From the NCBI RefSeq assembly GCF_001194135.2, contig NC_068981.1, positions 17,722,209 to 17,771,361 of the forward strand: 49,153 nucleotides of DNA. Direction: 5' to 3'. Shown one piece after another: positions 1-14,215 of this stretch; the stretch's first letter is position 1, and each line of letters starts with the position of its first letter. Position numbers and translations under genes: made by a program. Source of the DNA: Octopus bimaculoides (Eukaryota). A model generated the notes under the pieces. The model was given only the letters and a program-made list of their open reading frames with translations. It searched no databases and was not told where the DNA came from.

Positions 1-73
1 TCTTGTAATAGATTGTACACTATTCTGTCATCAAAACAGTATCATCTTATTTATTTCATCTTAATATGTAATT

Positions 74-410
74 GTGGAGGCGCAATGGTTAGGGCAGCGG
101 ACTCGCGGTCATAGGATCGCGGTTTCGATCCCCAGACCGGGCGTTGTAAGTGTTTATTGAGCGAAAACACCTAAAAGCTCCACGAGGCTTTATCTCACTC
201 TTACTTCCTGTTTCTGTTGTGCCTGTATTTCAAAGGGTCAGCCTTGTCACACGGTGTTACGCTAAATATCCCCGAGAACTACGTTAAGGGTACACGTGTC
301 TGTGGAGTGCTCAGCCACTTGCACGTTAATTTCATGAGCAGGCTGTTCCGTTAATCGGATCAACTGGAACCCTCAATGTCATAACTGACTGAGTGCCAAC
401 AACAATATGT
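74..410 (+). mobile_element. tRNA-derived SINE, family A (internal ~47-bp deletion relative to the 11690 copy)
   Basis: tRNA-like head with A box (tggttagggc) and B box (ggtttcgatccc), then a body and (caa)n tail. Near-identical inverted copy at 11690-12066. Confidence 0.85.
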
Positions 411-1066
411 AATTATGATGTTCATAAGTTCAGTGATATTAGTCTTGTATGGGAGTTGTGTATTGACTGGATCATTACCTTGAATGAGCAAAGTTAAAGT
501 TGGTGGCTGGGAGGAAGTTTACACAACACAATGGTTCTGAAATAATCTAATGTTGACAAATTCTGCAATATTTGTATCCTTTCATAAAGTGCTTACTCAT
601 TCACCTCTTGATGGTTCATAGACTTAAAACAAAACATGCCAGTAAGGCGAAGCTGGAAACAATCGCACTCAAATGGTGCTTTTTACGTTCCACTGGCATG
701 GAAGTGAGACCGCTGCTCTGGCAGTGATCCCGCTCGGATGGTGCTGTTAGCGCTCCACTGGCATGGGTACCGGTCATCAAATTTGGTTCAGTTTCGATCG
801 AAGATGCCAACACATATTCATTCTATCAACTGAGTTCACTCACAAATCTTTGTTTGGTTCAGTGCTAGTGCATAAGACACTCCAAGTGCCATACAACTAT
901 GGTTATGAAGTAAACTTTTTATCTATTGTTTTTGGCTTCTGGTTGGTGTATTTTTTATTTTAATTTGGACTGGGAGTTGCCCTGTAGAGTATCCATATGA
1001 AATGATTGAGTTTTTAGGGTTATATATTTTGTTTGTTTTTTGATTCGACCTATTTTAGATATGGTA

Positions 1067-1099
<33 letters not shown>

Positions 1100-1101
<2 letters not shown>

Positions 1102-1475
1102 TCTCTTTACTCTTTTACTCGTTTCAGTCATTTGACTGTGGCCATGCTGGAGCACCGCCTTTAGTCGAGCAAATCAACCCCAGGACTTATTCTTTGTAAG
1201 CCTAGTACTTATTCTATCGGTCTCTTTTGCCGAACCGCTATGTGACGGGGACGTAAACACACCAGCATCGGTTGTCAAGCGATGTTGGGGGGACAAACAC
1301 ACATATATATACGACGGGCTTCTTTCAGTTTCCGTCTACCAAATCCACTCACAAGGCTTTGATCAGCCTGAGGCTATAGTAGAAGACACTTGCCCAAAAT
1401 GCCACGCAGTGGGACTGAACCCGGAACCATGTGGTTGGTAGGCAAGCTACTTACCACACAACCACGCCTACGCCT
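1100..1475 (-). mobile_element. tRNA-derived SINE, family B (CORE-like central motif, internal TA/TG microsatellite, (gagtaaaa)n tail)
   Basis: Same sequence as 22463-22895 inverted. The motif gcaccttgggcaagtgtcttctactatagcctc resembles the CORE domain (from memory). Confidence 0.85.
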
Positions 1476-1859
1476 ATATATATATATATTATATTATTAG
1501 GTTATATTGGATAAATATATCATGCCTGTACCTGTATGGACTTTGTTTATTTTTTTCCCATGTAGGTCACATTTTTCTGAAATATTTTCTTAAGTACATG
1601 TACTGCAGTGCCTAAGTTGGTTGTAGTGTTATTGTAAACCATATTTCAATTTTTTTTAGTAGACTGGCTCAGTAGATTTTGAGATCTATATCTTTGATTT
1701 CTTTATTGATATGTGTTTAGGGGATCAGAGGAGAGTTGATGGATTATTTATTTACCTTGTGAGCCGCTGGCTCTCCAGACTTCAGCCAAACTGTCCAACT
1801 CGTGCCAGCATGGAAAATGGATGTTAAACGATGATGATAATGATGGTTGTAGTGGCTAG

Positions 1860-2340
1860 GTATGTGAAGCTGAAGGTAACATCAGAGGAGAAATTATATT
1901 TAGTTTGGTGAGGTGTGTTCTGTGTTGAAGTGAATGTGAAGATAGTTAAGTTTTGATGCTATTGTCTCCTCTTGTATTATCTGTATTGTTTATGCCCCAG
2001 GATGTATTGGGTGCATTAAAATCTTCTGTTTGGGAGAGTGGTCATAATGTTATAGTTGAAATGGTGTAAACTATTGATATAGTTGGTGTTGGTATGTGTT
2101 ATGCTGATTTATAGTTTGCATTTCAGTATTTGACAGTCATTTGTGGAAACAGGATTTTATGTATGAAGTCTCTGAAATAGTTTAGCCAATTCTGCTTTAT
2201 CAAGGAGTAATAAATACAATATGTCTGTTTAGGACAAAATGTATTAGGTATCACCAGTTAAGTGCTCAACTTGGGGTATTGTTCAAAATCTTAAAAAGAT
2301 GTTTAAGGATTTAACAGAGCCAAGAGAGCAGTTATATATT
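1860..2340 (-). mobile_element. Degenerate non-LTR retrotransposon APE-endonuclease fragment
   Basis: Minus frame around 2023-1860 reads DFNAPNTSWG...TRGD...SDVTF, resembling GDFNAH..WG..TN.RG..SPD.T of APE domains. Heavily decayed. Confidence 0.45.
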
Positions 2341-5099
2341 AAAGTATAAGTGAGAATGGAACAGTTATATTGTGATTATTCCAGATATAATCATTCCATT
2401 CTCCCTTATACTTTATGAAGGAGTATTTAATGTTTAGAGGTGTTGTTCTGCATTGAAACATTGTGATGAAGAAAATTTTATTTACTAACATACAGGAGCT
2501 AAAATCGTATGGTTTATATTTATGAATGAAATGCAGGAATTTCTGAGTGTAGTTTATGTTTTGCATGAAGCTAAGGTATTGAAAAAAGGGGCTAACAGCA
2601 ATACTTCCAGTTTTTATTGATATATGATTAGTAATGTGTGTATGTGATGTTTAAGTATGTTTGTGCACGCATATTTTCCTGGAATTGAATTTTCAATGAT
2701 TTTTACAGCCTTGTTTTTTTATTCATTACTTCCTCCGACTATTTTTGTGTTGCATTTTCATAATTTTAAAGCTAACAACATTTTCTTTTCTAGCAAATGG
2801 TTGGTGTTAGATAGGACATCCAACCATAGAAACTATACCAAAACTGGAATATACTAGTGAAACAGAGTCCTCTGACTTGCCTAGGAGGTCAGTAATCTAA
2901 ATTAGAACTGATTCAGACCATGTCAACTTGTCCCACTTGTGCTAACAGTGAAAGCAAACATAAAAGGATGAGGAGGATATCCCAAGCTAATTTGTTTAGT
3001 ATATTCATCTTATAGACAGCAGGGTGAGATTTAGTTGCTATTTTTAGCAGGTTGACAAATAACAAAGAGCTCCTTCTTTAGTTCAACTAATGCAACATTT
3101 ACATTGTTATTTTAACAATTTCAATTATATTTATTTTATTTCATCAACTCGAGACTTATAAAAAACACAACTAACATCATCATCGTTTAACATCCACTTT
3201 TCATGCTTACATAGATCAGAGAGAATTTGCTGTAGCTGACTTTCTACAGCCAGATGCTCTTCTTGTCAGACTCTCACCTGTTTCCAAGCAAAGCAAAATT
3301 TCCCCATGGCTAGACATTTTTCATGGAAATCCAGAAACTAACATCATTCACATGATGATGCTTGTTTACAACCATCACACACACACTCTCTCTCTCTCTT
3401 TCTCAAACAAACAAACACACTCATATGACAGGTTTCTTTCAGTTTCTATCAGCCAACTTCACACACAAGGCTTAATTGGGTCCAGACCAACACAAAAATG
3501 CTGCACAGTGAACTGATCCCAAGACATGGTTGGGAAGCAAGCTTATTAACCACGTAGCTATACTTATGTCTGAGTGAAATGGAATATATTTTCTTGTTTC
3601 AATAAATACAAATAAAAATGTTTTACAATGAAAATGTACAGACAAGGTTAAAATGTTATATACAGAATAAGTTTTATTTAAAATTATTTTACATTATTAG
3701 CAATACAGGATAAAGCATAAATACATCTATAAGGATGTGAAAATCAAAAACCTTCTATTATTATCTAAGCATTATGTTAAAAAATAAAGATGGATTTTGT
3801 AAAAGATACAGATGGTCAGAATCTACCCAGCTTGTCAAAACATAATTCCTCACCTACTAGAATGTTATCAAGGGTCAAACAGAATTTGATAGAAAGAAGT
3901 GATGACCAGAATATTTAGCAGAAAGACTCATAAGTTATTCAGCATTGGCTTAGTGGATTTAACCTACACATCCCACTTAAAACGGGATGAGCTACAATTC
4001 TCCCAAAGGAATTGCTGGTACTCATCAACATTTGAATAGAGAAACCCAACACAGCACATCTTTTGAGTATCACAAGCAACATTTTTCAAGATGGTATAAA
4101 TGTATGTATTTCTTTAATCCATACAAGGCTCAAATTAGCTCTGTGTGATGATGGTGGTGGGAAGGGAGATTTCATAATGAAATTACCTGTTAATTAGAAA
4201 CAACTAATTGACAAATATATTTCAAGGCCAACACAAAAGACATTGACAAGGAACATGTTCTCATGTTGTCAGTTTGGAATTCCTGTTTTAAAATATCCAT
4301 GCACCATACTCCTTATGTAATGTTGAATTATTATCTAAAAAAATTAAAAAAAGACTACTTTCTCTCAATCCTAGAACAGAGCTGTAACCAACCGACACCT
4401 CAGTATGAACACAACCATTATGTATCACAGAGAAGAGAAAAAAAAAACTAAAAATAGAAATATTAAATCTAAGTGAATTTAAAATATCTTCCCTATTTTA
4501 ATTTTAACAAAAGAACTTTCTAAATACATTTTACAGAACTTTTTCACCATTTCAAAATTTACCTGAGTCCACCAGAGAATAGTTTTCAAGGAGTATCTAA
4601 ATGTATTGATTTAGTTATGTCACATAATTGACTGACAGAGTTTTACAGGTCAGTTACATCCCTCAAAGACATTTCTTCCCTAAAATTTGGTGGATTCTTT
4701 TTTTCGATATGGCATGAGGACGGGAGTAGAACATCAGAAAAATTATACAAATGTGAAAATCATTACAGACGTCACTAAAAACTTGATTTTATTGTCGATT
4801 GGAACTCTTTGAATACTTTGTAACTGCTACGTTAATTAGTGCCACATCTTGCCAAAATACTTTAACTCTACCATGCCACATTCCCAGTATAGTGGGAATA
4901 GTCTAGACTATCTACCAGATTCCTATTAAAGTGGTAATGAACACCACATGTAAAATAATAAGATAAAATACTAAAAAAAGAGAACCAATCACATTGCAGT
5001 TTTGTAGTCACATGTCCCCCTTAGCTGTTCTTTATTTTTGTTTTTAATAATAATAATAAAACAAAAACCCAGATTATTTTGCAATGAAATGAGAATGTG

Positions 5100-6450
5100 A
5101 TGAACCCAGAACTTCATCAAGAAATTATTAATATTTATTCTTTGGATGAAGAGTTTACCTTTACACAGACAATGAGAGTGATTCAGACAATCAAACTGGA
5201 GAAAGTGATGAGAAAAGTAAGTGATTCAGGTGAACAAAGATGGTAGTTGAGAGATAGACCTATTACTGTTATTCTCCTGAATTTTTTTGTTATTCTGTCC
5301 ATTAGTTTGCTTGCAATCATTACTCGAGTTGCATGTGCATCTACCTCTTTTTTTGCTCAAGAGCCCAGGAGGAAGGTAAAGTTATATACAAAGACCCAGG
5401 TACAAGAGGGTTAAATTTATTAAAAACACTTCAGTGTTCTCTTAACAAATTTAAGTTTACACTATATCCAGGCATTTTAATCCAAACATCATTTTCTCCA
5501 TCAGTTTGGAATCTTCAAAATATCAACTGATACCTCGTAGGTGAAGAAGTGCAGCTCCTCTGTTTAGTAGAATTCAGATAAAAATGCAGTTTGATCAATG
5601 GGAATACAAGTCCTGGAAATACAACCTCTACTTGCCCTCATTTTGCCAACATGATGAAGCAATTGACATATCTTCAGATCAAGCAGTACAAATAGATGCA
5701 GAAAATGAGACATGAATTGGATTAAATAGACCTACATAAATCAAATTTACCAGTTGTTATTTGGAGAGGTCGTGATTGTGGTGGTAATAGAGACACAACA
5801 TAATCCATTGACCCTTCACGGAAGCAGTTCCAGTTCTATCATTATAGATTACAAGACAGCTGTTCTTCCCTAAAACTAAACTTGTAAAGTGTCGATTTAA
5901 AAATCAGACTTGAAATCAAACATAAGAAAGTGGTCTAGTGTTTGAAGTTGTATCTCTGATGGACCGTATACATAGCTAACATGGCATTCCTATTTTCCTA
6001 TTATGTCTGAAAAAAAAAATAAAGATAAAAAAGATGGTAGATCACAATTGGAATGATTTTAATCATAGCTCTGCTCAATCATCAGGTTTGACCTTGAGTC
6101 AAGCAACAAAATACACACACCAAGATCATGATACACTGTTATGCCTTGATTTACTTCTTTTATCCTAATAAATTACTTTCGAGGAATAATTCATAAAAAT
6201 GAGAATGTCTCAACTAAACACATAAGAGAGAAATTAAATGTTGGTGTTATTGCCAACAATATATACAAGATTAGCCACAGCAAGAAGAGAACCAGTTTCA
6301 AAGCTGGTTACGGTAACAGTAGAAGCAGGAGATACTAAGTGCAGAAAATGTGGCTGCACTTGGAATTTACTTGTAAAGGTAATTCTACATGTGTGGTAAT
6401 TATGGGATATACACAATGTAAAATACCCATTTATAGATCAATTGTTTTTT
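5100..6450 (+). mobile_element. Possible highly decayed piggyBac-like transposase relic
   Basis: Frameshifted motifs in piggyBac order: KYNLYL (5615), IIIDYK (5838), VDL (5891), RKW (5925), LMD/IAN.AFLF (5956-), CRKCG-LHL (6340). No TIR/TTAA ends identified. Confidence 0.33.
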
Positions 6451-7517
6451 TTCTTTTAAGGCACAGATATTTGCAAGTGGCATAGCCAAAGAAAGACAGC
6501 AAGTAGCATAAACAAAGGAAGATGGCATGTGACAGTATAAGAGCCACTGGACATCTCACTGTCCCCCACCCACCACACCCCCATATATTGAACTAACTAA
6601 ATTTCTGTAAAATGGACACCACACTATTGTGGTCATGATAATACAATATACAAATATCAAGTTTATCTACAATTCAGAATTAATGATCCAATGAAAATGA
6701 TCAAATGATAAGAGAAAGGAGGATATTTAAGTGCCGTAAACAAACAAAACAGGGATTTGAAATTAGGAGCACAACATTCAATCTCTACAGTGTAAATTCT
6801 CCACAGTCACTCAATGTAATTCTAGAATACAGAATTTATATTTTCTCATTTGAAAACCAAAAATATATATATATAAAAAAAAAAATTGCATTTCGAAATA
6901 TCACGAAAATATTTTCAATTAACAAAATGTCTAAATGAAATGAAACTAATTATCTTCATTTCACAAAAGATGGCATCAAAAAGTGAGGCTGATAGAGGAA
7001 AGATTGAACAAGCAGTTCAGTTCTAAGTGGAAACTAGCAAACACAAGCATGGAAATCAGATTTTAACGAATATCAAATAAATCAGATGCAAATACTGAAT
7101 AAAATGAAAAAGAGAACAAAATTAAATAATTAGTGTTTTAAACTTGGTTCATACATTCAGAACTGGACCAATTACATATCAAGGAAAAGATGAATATATA
7201 TCTCTCTCACACACACACACACACTATATTCACAATCATAGGTGCAGGTATAAAAATGTGAATGTTTGTTTAATCTGTATGTATGTTTATATATATACAT
7301 GTACATTGACATATGCACATAAATTTTTTTTTTTTTCATGTATATACACATATATTTAACATATACTTTTACATATATTTATATATATAAATACATACAC
7401 ATATACACACTTAAAACAGGGAAGCACGCATAAAACATGGAATCTACAAACATATATTTAGTTTGATAAAACTACCCCTTGGTGTAAAAATAAAATTGTT
7501 GTTAGTTTGTTTTATCA

Positions 7518-7523
7518 TTTATT
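7518..7523 (-). promoter_or_regulatory. Candidate AAUAAA polyadenylation signal for SREBP
   Basis: tttatt on the plus strand, about 105 nt past the stop codon. The context is AT-rich, so this could be chance and the UTR may be much longer. Confidence 0.25.
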
Positions 7524-7627
7524 ATCAAGGTAGAAGTTGTTTCAAATAAAATCTATGATACTGTGACTTTAAGGACACATCTGAACCAAGTTAGATAGCA
7601 AACAACCCCTTCACAATGGTGCTACAA

Positions 7628-7938
7628 TCAGCACTTAACAGCCTGTGGTACAGGATATTTGGACAGTTGTGCAACTGAAGGAACCAAGTCCGGCTTGTAC
7701 TGGTATTCTTCAAGAGTTTTTAACAAACTCTGACACATATTTACAGCACGTTTGTCCTGCAGCGTGCCATAAAGATGTGCAGCTTCTTCAACCATCTGTC
7801 TGCGACTCAGATTGTGTCCACCAATTGTTTCGCTTGTAGATGTGGCAGTTGGTAGGTGACAGCTGGCCAGGATCAATGCAGATGCCTCATCATGATTGCC
7901 AATGTGACTTTTGTTGTCATGATTCAAGCTGCTTTCAT
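7628..7938 (-). CDS. SREBF: SREBP last coding exon (..[13 protein letters not shown]...[23 protein letters not shown]...QAVKC*)
   Basis: Acceptor aactaccag|AT, phase 1; TGA at 7630-7628. Matches human EHAEALLLASCYLP...AEAARTLEKLGDRR..HDCQ. Confidence 0.95.
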
Positions 7939-10900
7939 CTGGTAGTTGGAATTAAAAAAAAAATAAACAATAACTTTCATTGTTATTTAAAACACAATAA
8001 TAAATAGTAAATTAAGAAATCACATAAAACAATCAACATTTTAGTCAACATCATTAATCATAAATTTTTACGTTGCCAGTACCGCCTGACTGGCTTTGTA
8101 GGGTTTTCGAGCGAGATCGTTGCCAGTGCCCCTGGACTGGCTCTTGTGCGGGTGGCACATAAAAGACACCATTTCGAGCGTGGCCGTTTTCGTGCGGGTG
8201 ACACGTAAAAGCACCCACTACACTCTCTGAGTGGTTGACGTTAGGAAGGGCATCCAGCTGTAGAAACTCTGCCAAATTAGATTGGAGCCTGGTGTAGCCA
8301 TCCGGTTGCACCAGTCCTGTCAAATCGTCCAACCCATGCTAGCATGGAAAGCGGACGTTAAACGATGATGATGATGATGATGACATGACTATCAGATAAA
8401 ACTTCACTGACGAACATATAACCATCACTCACTCACCAATATACATGTGGGGTGGTGAGGTGCATACGCATGTTTCTACCTGATTGATAAAGCTTCACTG
8501 ATTAACACAGCATAAAGTAGAAAATGATCAATATGTCAGCAGAAGCACAATCTCTCTGGCCTTGACAATATTGATGATCTTTCCTTCCCAGCAAATCAAC
8601 TGTGTAATCTGCAAGATTTGTTGAGATCCCTTGAGAATGCTGCAGCCAAGACCAGTCTGTTGCTATCAATGAAGATGAATGCTATCTGCCAATTTGTTCC
8701 AACAAAGGCACACAAATCAAGGAGCTCGTTGATGGAGGAATCATCATCATCATCGCTTAACGTCCGCCTTCCATGCTAGCATGGGTTGGATGATTTGACT
8801 GAGGACTGGCGAACCAGATGGCTGCACCAGGCTCATAGTTGATTTAATAAACTCAGCACTTGGAGAGTGGAAAGCAAGGCTAACCAGTGGAATCTGAACT
8901 CAGAACATAAAGAAATATAAATACCATAGGGCAATTTAATAACCATTTCTGCCATTAATCATAACTCTAATTTTTGGCACAAGGTTAGCAATTTACAGGA
9001 GAGGAGGAAGTTGATTACGCTGACCCCCAATGTTCAGCTGGTACATATTTCATGAACACTGAAAGGATGAAAGGCAAAGTTAACCTCAGCATCATTTGAA
9101 CTCAGAATGTTAAAAAAGGATGAAATACTGCTCAGCATGCCAACCATTCAGCCAACTTGCCTCTTTCTTAATAATCCTTTCTATTATAAGCACAAGGCCT
9201 GAAATTTTGGGGGATGGCGAAGTTGATCACATCAACGTCAGTACTTCACTGGTACTTAATTCATCGACCTCGAAAGGATGAAAGGCAGAGTCAACCTCGG
9301 TGGAATTTGAACTCAGAACATAGCAGCCGGCAAAATACTGCTAAGTATTTCTCCCAGCGTGTTAACACCTTCTTAATAATAATAATAATAATTCTTTCTA
9401 CAATAGGCACAAGGTCCGAAATTTTGGGGGAAGGGCGATTTGACTGCACTGAGTCTAGTGTTCAACTGGTACTTATTTCATCAACCCTAAAGGGATGAAG
9501 TCAACACTGGTGAAATATGATCTCGGAACATAAAGACAGATGAAATACAGCCAAGCATTTTGTCCAGTGTGCCACCGAGTCACCCTGCTCACTACCTTCT
9601 TCTTAACAACAACAAAAAAAGAAAGAAAGAAAAAAACGATCTGCAATAGAATACCTTCTTTTCCTTTTCCAGCACGTCTACGAAGACTTTGATCTAACAA
9701 TTGTTGAGTACGATATGGATTGGCACCAACCATGATACGTGCCGTGGCCTCGTAAAGAAATACCTAAAATGACACAGAGACAGAGAAAAAGAAAACAATA
9801 TTTATAAAACTTTGAGTTGAGTCAGTAATTAGCACAGGTGAAAAGTAAATTTGATATGACAGAAGAAATATGTCATTACTCTTTAGTAAAATTTTGAATA
9901 AGGAATAGGGAAAAAGCACTAGTCAAATTAGCCATTAATATAACATCAATTATCATAGTTTTGCAAAATTTGTGGGTCGGGAAGTGCCCTGCCAATACAC
10001 ATACTGTGATGAAATATTCTCGCTGGAAATTTATAATCCAAGAGATGACAGATGGAGGGAGTCCATAAACGAGCAACTTCACAAGAAAATTCTTATTTCA
10101 GACATCATGAAAAATTTAGATATGTGAAGAACATCATCATCAAGTGAGTTAATTAACAGGTTTAATGAAAAGAGAATTAAAACATGTTAACTTGATTTCA
10201 CTGACTTTTGGTAAGTTCTTCAGACAATTCTGATTATTGTATAAGATAACTTACAATCAAAATTTGGTCAAAAGATAAAGCAAATCAAAGAATTGATTCA
10301 ATATCATACGCTTAGGATATATTATGAACAGTTTGCTGTGTAATTTGTTCCTGTATGTTCCAAAGTGACAGATTACAGTGAAATAATTTTAAGTGTTTGA
10401 GGAAGGCAGGGGAACCCAGCAGAGAGCTTGTATATTTTGAAGAAATATATTGCAGATGTCTCTGTGTTCTATGGACATGACAAGAGATGCTGAATTTTAG
10501 CATGTTTGTTAATGGATCTGGATACACAGGTCTCAGTGGGAATAGTGTGACTAGCACTTGTACAACTCACACGGTGTCAGGAGTGGTAGGCATGGGGTTT
10601 CTAAAAAATACATACTTTTAGTATGATTCCTTTAATTCTTTTTGCTACTCTGAACCAAACTAGTGGTTCTAATGATAACATAACAGTCAAATCTAGATAT
10701 CATAGCAATATGTGATAAATAAATAAAATAAGAAAAAAAAATCTTTCACCTTTTTCAGTGCATGTTTCATGGTATGAGTAACACGACGGAGGCAATATAA
10801 ATCTTGCTGGAATGCAATAATATGCGAGTGTGATGGCCTGGTATAACTTGGATCTTGGCTCTGACGTTGTTGCCAAAGTTCTCGGCGAGTACGAAGAAGG

Positions 10901-13900
10901 AAGTCACATGTCAACAATTGGATGCCCTGTAGTAATATAACAATTGTTACATTCATATATCAGACACTGGAGGAGGTCGAGAGAGAGAAAATCAAACAAA
11001 TGATTAAAATTTCTTTCTTAAATATCAAGTCATATTACTTTTGCTATTTATTCTTGTAAATAGAACCATTATTTAATACATGTGGAATGAAGTAGCTGCA
11101 GCTAACACAAGTTTTTGATCATATCCTTAAAAAAAAAATCTCTGATTGATTAACAAACTTTCACTCCCCAACACACTGCACACCAAGACTACAGAAGTGT
11201 TGTGTCTTCCTCTGTCACTTTCACTGCGACTACAACAGCTCCTGCTCCTCCTAGTAAACCACCTGTGACCATCACCCCCACCAAGCCCCATTCAATACAT
11301 CAACCTAAGCTTCATCTGTCATCCTTGTTTATGTGTGTCTCAGCTCTCAAAGACCTGGCACTGAACATTTCACCTAATCTGTCATCCCTACAACTGGTAA
11401 GCCCCTCTCCTGCCAACTTACCCTACAAGCCTCAACCTACACACTTTCAAGCTAAATATGAATAACAATTGACTTCACTTATCTGGAAAGGTCTACATAG
11501 GCTATGAGCCCTCTGCTCTTCCTGGCAGTATGTTATAGCAAAAACTTATACTCAGTGGGTGGGAAGGTAATTAAAACAAGGGATAAACTTTCGTTAATTT
11601 ATCTACAAAACAACAACAATAATTTAAAATATGAACCATGTTATATCACAGGAAATGGAAAAAATTTAAACTGCTTCTGTTCATGTTGTTGTTGGCACTC
11701 CGTCGCTTACAACGTCAAGGGTTCCTGTTGATCCGATCAACGGAACAGCCTGCTCGTGAAATTAACGTGCAAGTGGCTGAGCACTCCACAGACACGTGTA
11801 CCCTTAACGTAGTTCTCAGGGATATTCAGCGTGACACAGTATGACTCTTTGAATTACAGGCACAACAGAAACAGGAAGTAAGAGTGAGAGAAAGTTGTGG
11901 TGAAAGAGTACAGCAGAGTTCGCCACCATCCCCTGCCGGAGCCTCGTGGAGCTTTTAGGTGTTTTTGCTCAATAAACACTCACAATGCCCGGTCTGGGAA
12001 TCGAAACCGCAATCCTATGACCGCGAGTCCGCTGCCCTAACCACTGGGCCATTACGCCTCCACATAAACTGGTNNNNNNNNNNNNNNNNNNNNNNNNNNN
12101 NNNNNNNNNNNNNNNNNNNNNNNNNNNNNNNNNNNNNNNNNNNNNNNNNNNNNNNNNNNNNNNNNNNNNNNNNNNNNNNNNNNNNNNNNNNNNNNNNNNN
12201 NNNNNNNNNNNNNNNNNNNNNNNNNNNNNNNNNNNNNNNNNNNNNNNNNNNNNNNNNNNNNNNNNNNNNNNNNNNNNNNNNNNNNNNNNNNNNNNNNNNN
12301 NNNNNNNNNNNNNNNNNNNNNNNNNNNNNNNNNNNNTTAGGGATATGATCTTTTATATTGACCAAGAGGTCAAACTGATCGAGTTGTTTTGTAAATCATC
12401 ATCATCATCGTTTAACATCCGCTTTCCATGCTAGCATGGGTTGGATGATGTGACTGAGGACTGGCAAGCCAGAAGGCTGCACCAGGCTCCAATCTGATCT
12501 GGCAGAGTTTCTACAACTCGATGCCCTTCCTAACGCCAACCACTCTGAGAGTGTAGTGGGTGCTTTTACATACCACCAGCATGAGGGCCAGTCACACGGT
12601 ACTGGCAACGGTCTCGCTCAAAAGGTGTTTTTTACGTGCCACCTGCACAGAAGCCAGTCCAGCGGCACTAGCAACGACCTCGCTCGAATGATTTTCTCAC
12701 GTGCCACCAGCACAAGTGCTGGAAGGCAATGCTCGTAACGATTACGCTCAAATGGTGCTATTTACGGGCCACTAGCACGGAAGCCAAAGAGCTGCTCTGG
12801 CAATGAACACACTCAGGCAGTGCTGATAGTGCTCCACTGGCACAGGTGCCAGTCAGCGGATATGGTTCAATTTCGATTTTGATTTCACTTGCCCCAACAT
12901 GTCTTCTAAAGCAGAGTTTAGTGTCCAATGAAGGAGAGAAACACAAAAGAAGTTAATAATTCAACAAATTTTATTTATATAAAATTAAAAGCCTATGAGA
13001 GAATATGTGCACCCACTAAATATATAATAGAATTCTCAGAGTGCATCTAGCCATTTCTTAAAGACAACTAAAACCAGTAGCTTAGTTTGACAAATTTCTC
13101 ATAGATTTTATATACAATAACAAGATTGGTTGTTATTTAGTACAGATAATTAACATACTGTAAAAACAGTATACAGAGTAACTAAAAAAAACCAAAGTGC
13201 TTTACATCACTTTCTGTAAATAGCAAAAGGGATTCAAAAGACGCAGACCTCATTTCCACCTCAGTACCCTATGTCAGAGAACAGTTTGTGAAACAGGCAA
13301 ATTTCAATTTTATGATATTTGCAATTATACAGGATGTAAAGTCTGAATGAGAAAGGAAGATAAGATCCTTGATTTGTCAGTACCTGTATTTCTGGATTGA
13401 TACTGTATCAGCAGGTAATAAAGAAAGGTGTGGGAAAAAAATAACAACTGTTCAGCAAGTGGATGATATATTTAGAAAGAGAAACCCAACCACTCAAAAC
13501 AAAGTAGCTGACTCCATACAATAAGTTTAGTTCAGTTCTATAAATACAAAATATTCATTACAGTGTTCATGAGAGCACAAAGGGGATGGGACACAGACAT
13601 GAAGTGGTAATATTCATACATTCCCAAAGTATACCAATATTAATGGAGCAATCCCAACTGGAGATTAAAATAAGGTCATGAATTTAGTTCACCAATAAAA
13701 TGACCATTATATTACAGCACTATCATAATCATAACAGTAATGATTATGATTTCTTAATTACACCTATTTCTGCCAACTATAATATAACCAAGCAGAGTTA
13801 TAACCTGTCTAAAGACACAATATATACAGTAGTGCAAGAAGTCAAGTGTTTAATATATTATTTTCCTTACTATTTCCTGTCACATTAGAAAGGTCTCTGT

Positions 13901-14168
13901 TGGTAGTTCCTACCTTATTAACATACAGAAGTAGAGCCAACTGCTCTGGATTCAAAATCTCAGAGACTAATGAGAAAAAACAAAAACATTTAATCTAGTG
14001 TAGCACTACTAGTTATATAGTAGAATAATAAAAGAACAGTTCTTGGTACAGTATTATATTTGAAAGAATGAGTAAAAATGGCTTTTTTGAGGGGATAAAT
14101 AGAATAAAAATTATCCCCTCAAAAAAGCCATTTTTACTCATTCTTTCAAATATATATATATTGTGCTC

Positions 14169-14215
<47 letters not shown>

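Noticed and set aside
74-150. tRNA gene
   Set aside because: It has A/B boxes but no complete cloverleaf. It continues into a SINE body that recurs at 11690-12066.
1-7600. A second protein-coding gene downstream of SREBP
   Set aside because: No splice-consistent exon chain or recognisable cellular protein motif, only repeats and transposon relics. A small divergent exon cannot be excluded by eye.
7628-7642. C-terminal prenylation motif
   Set aside because: The protein ends AVKC; the Cys is terminal, not at -4 as in CaaX.
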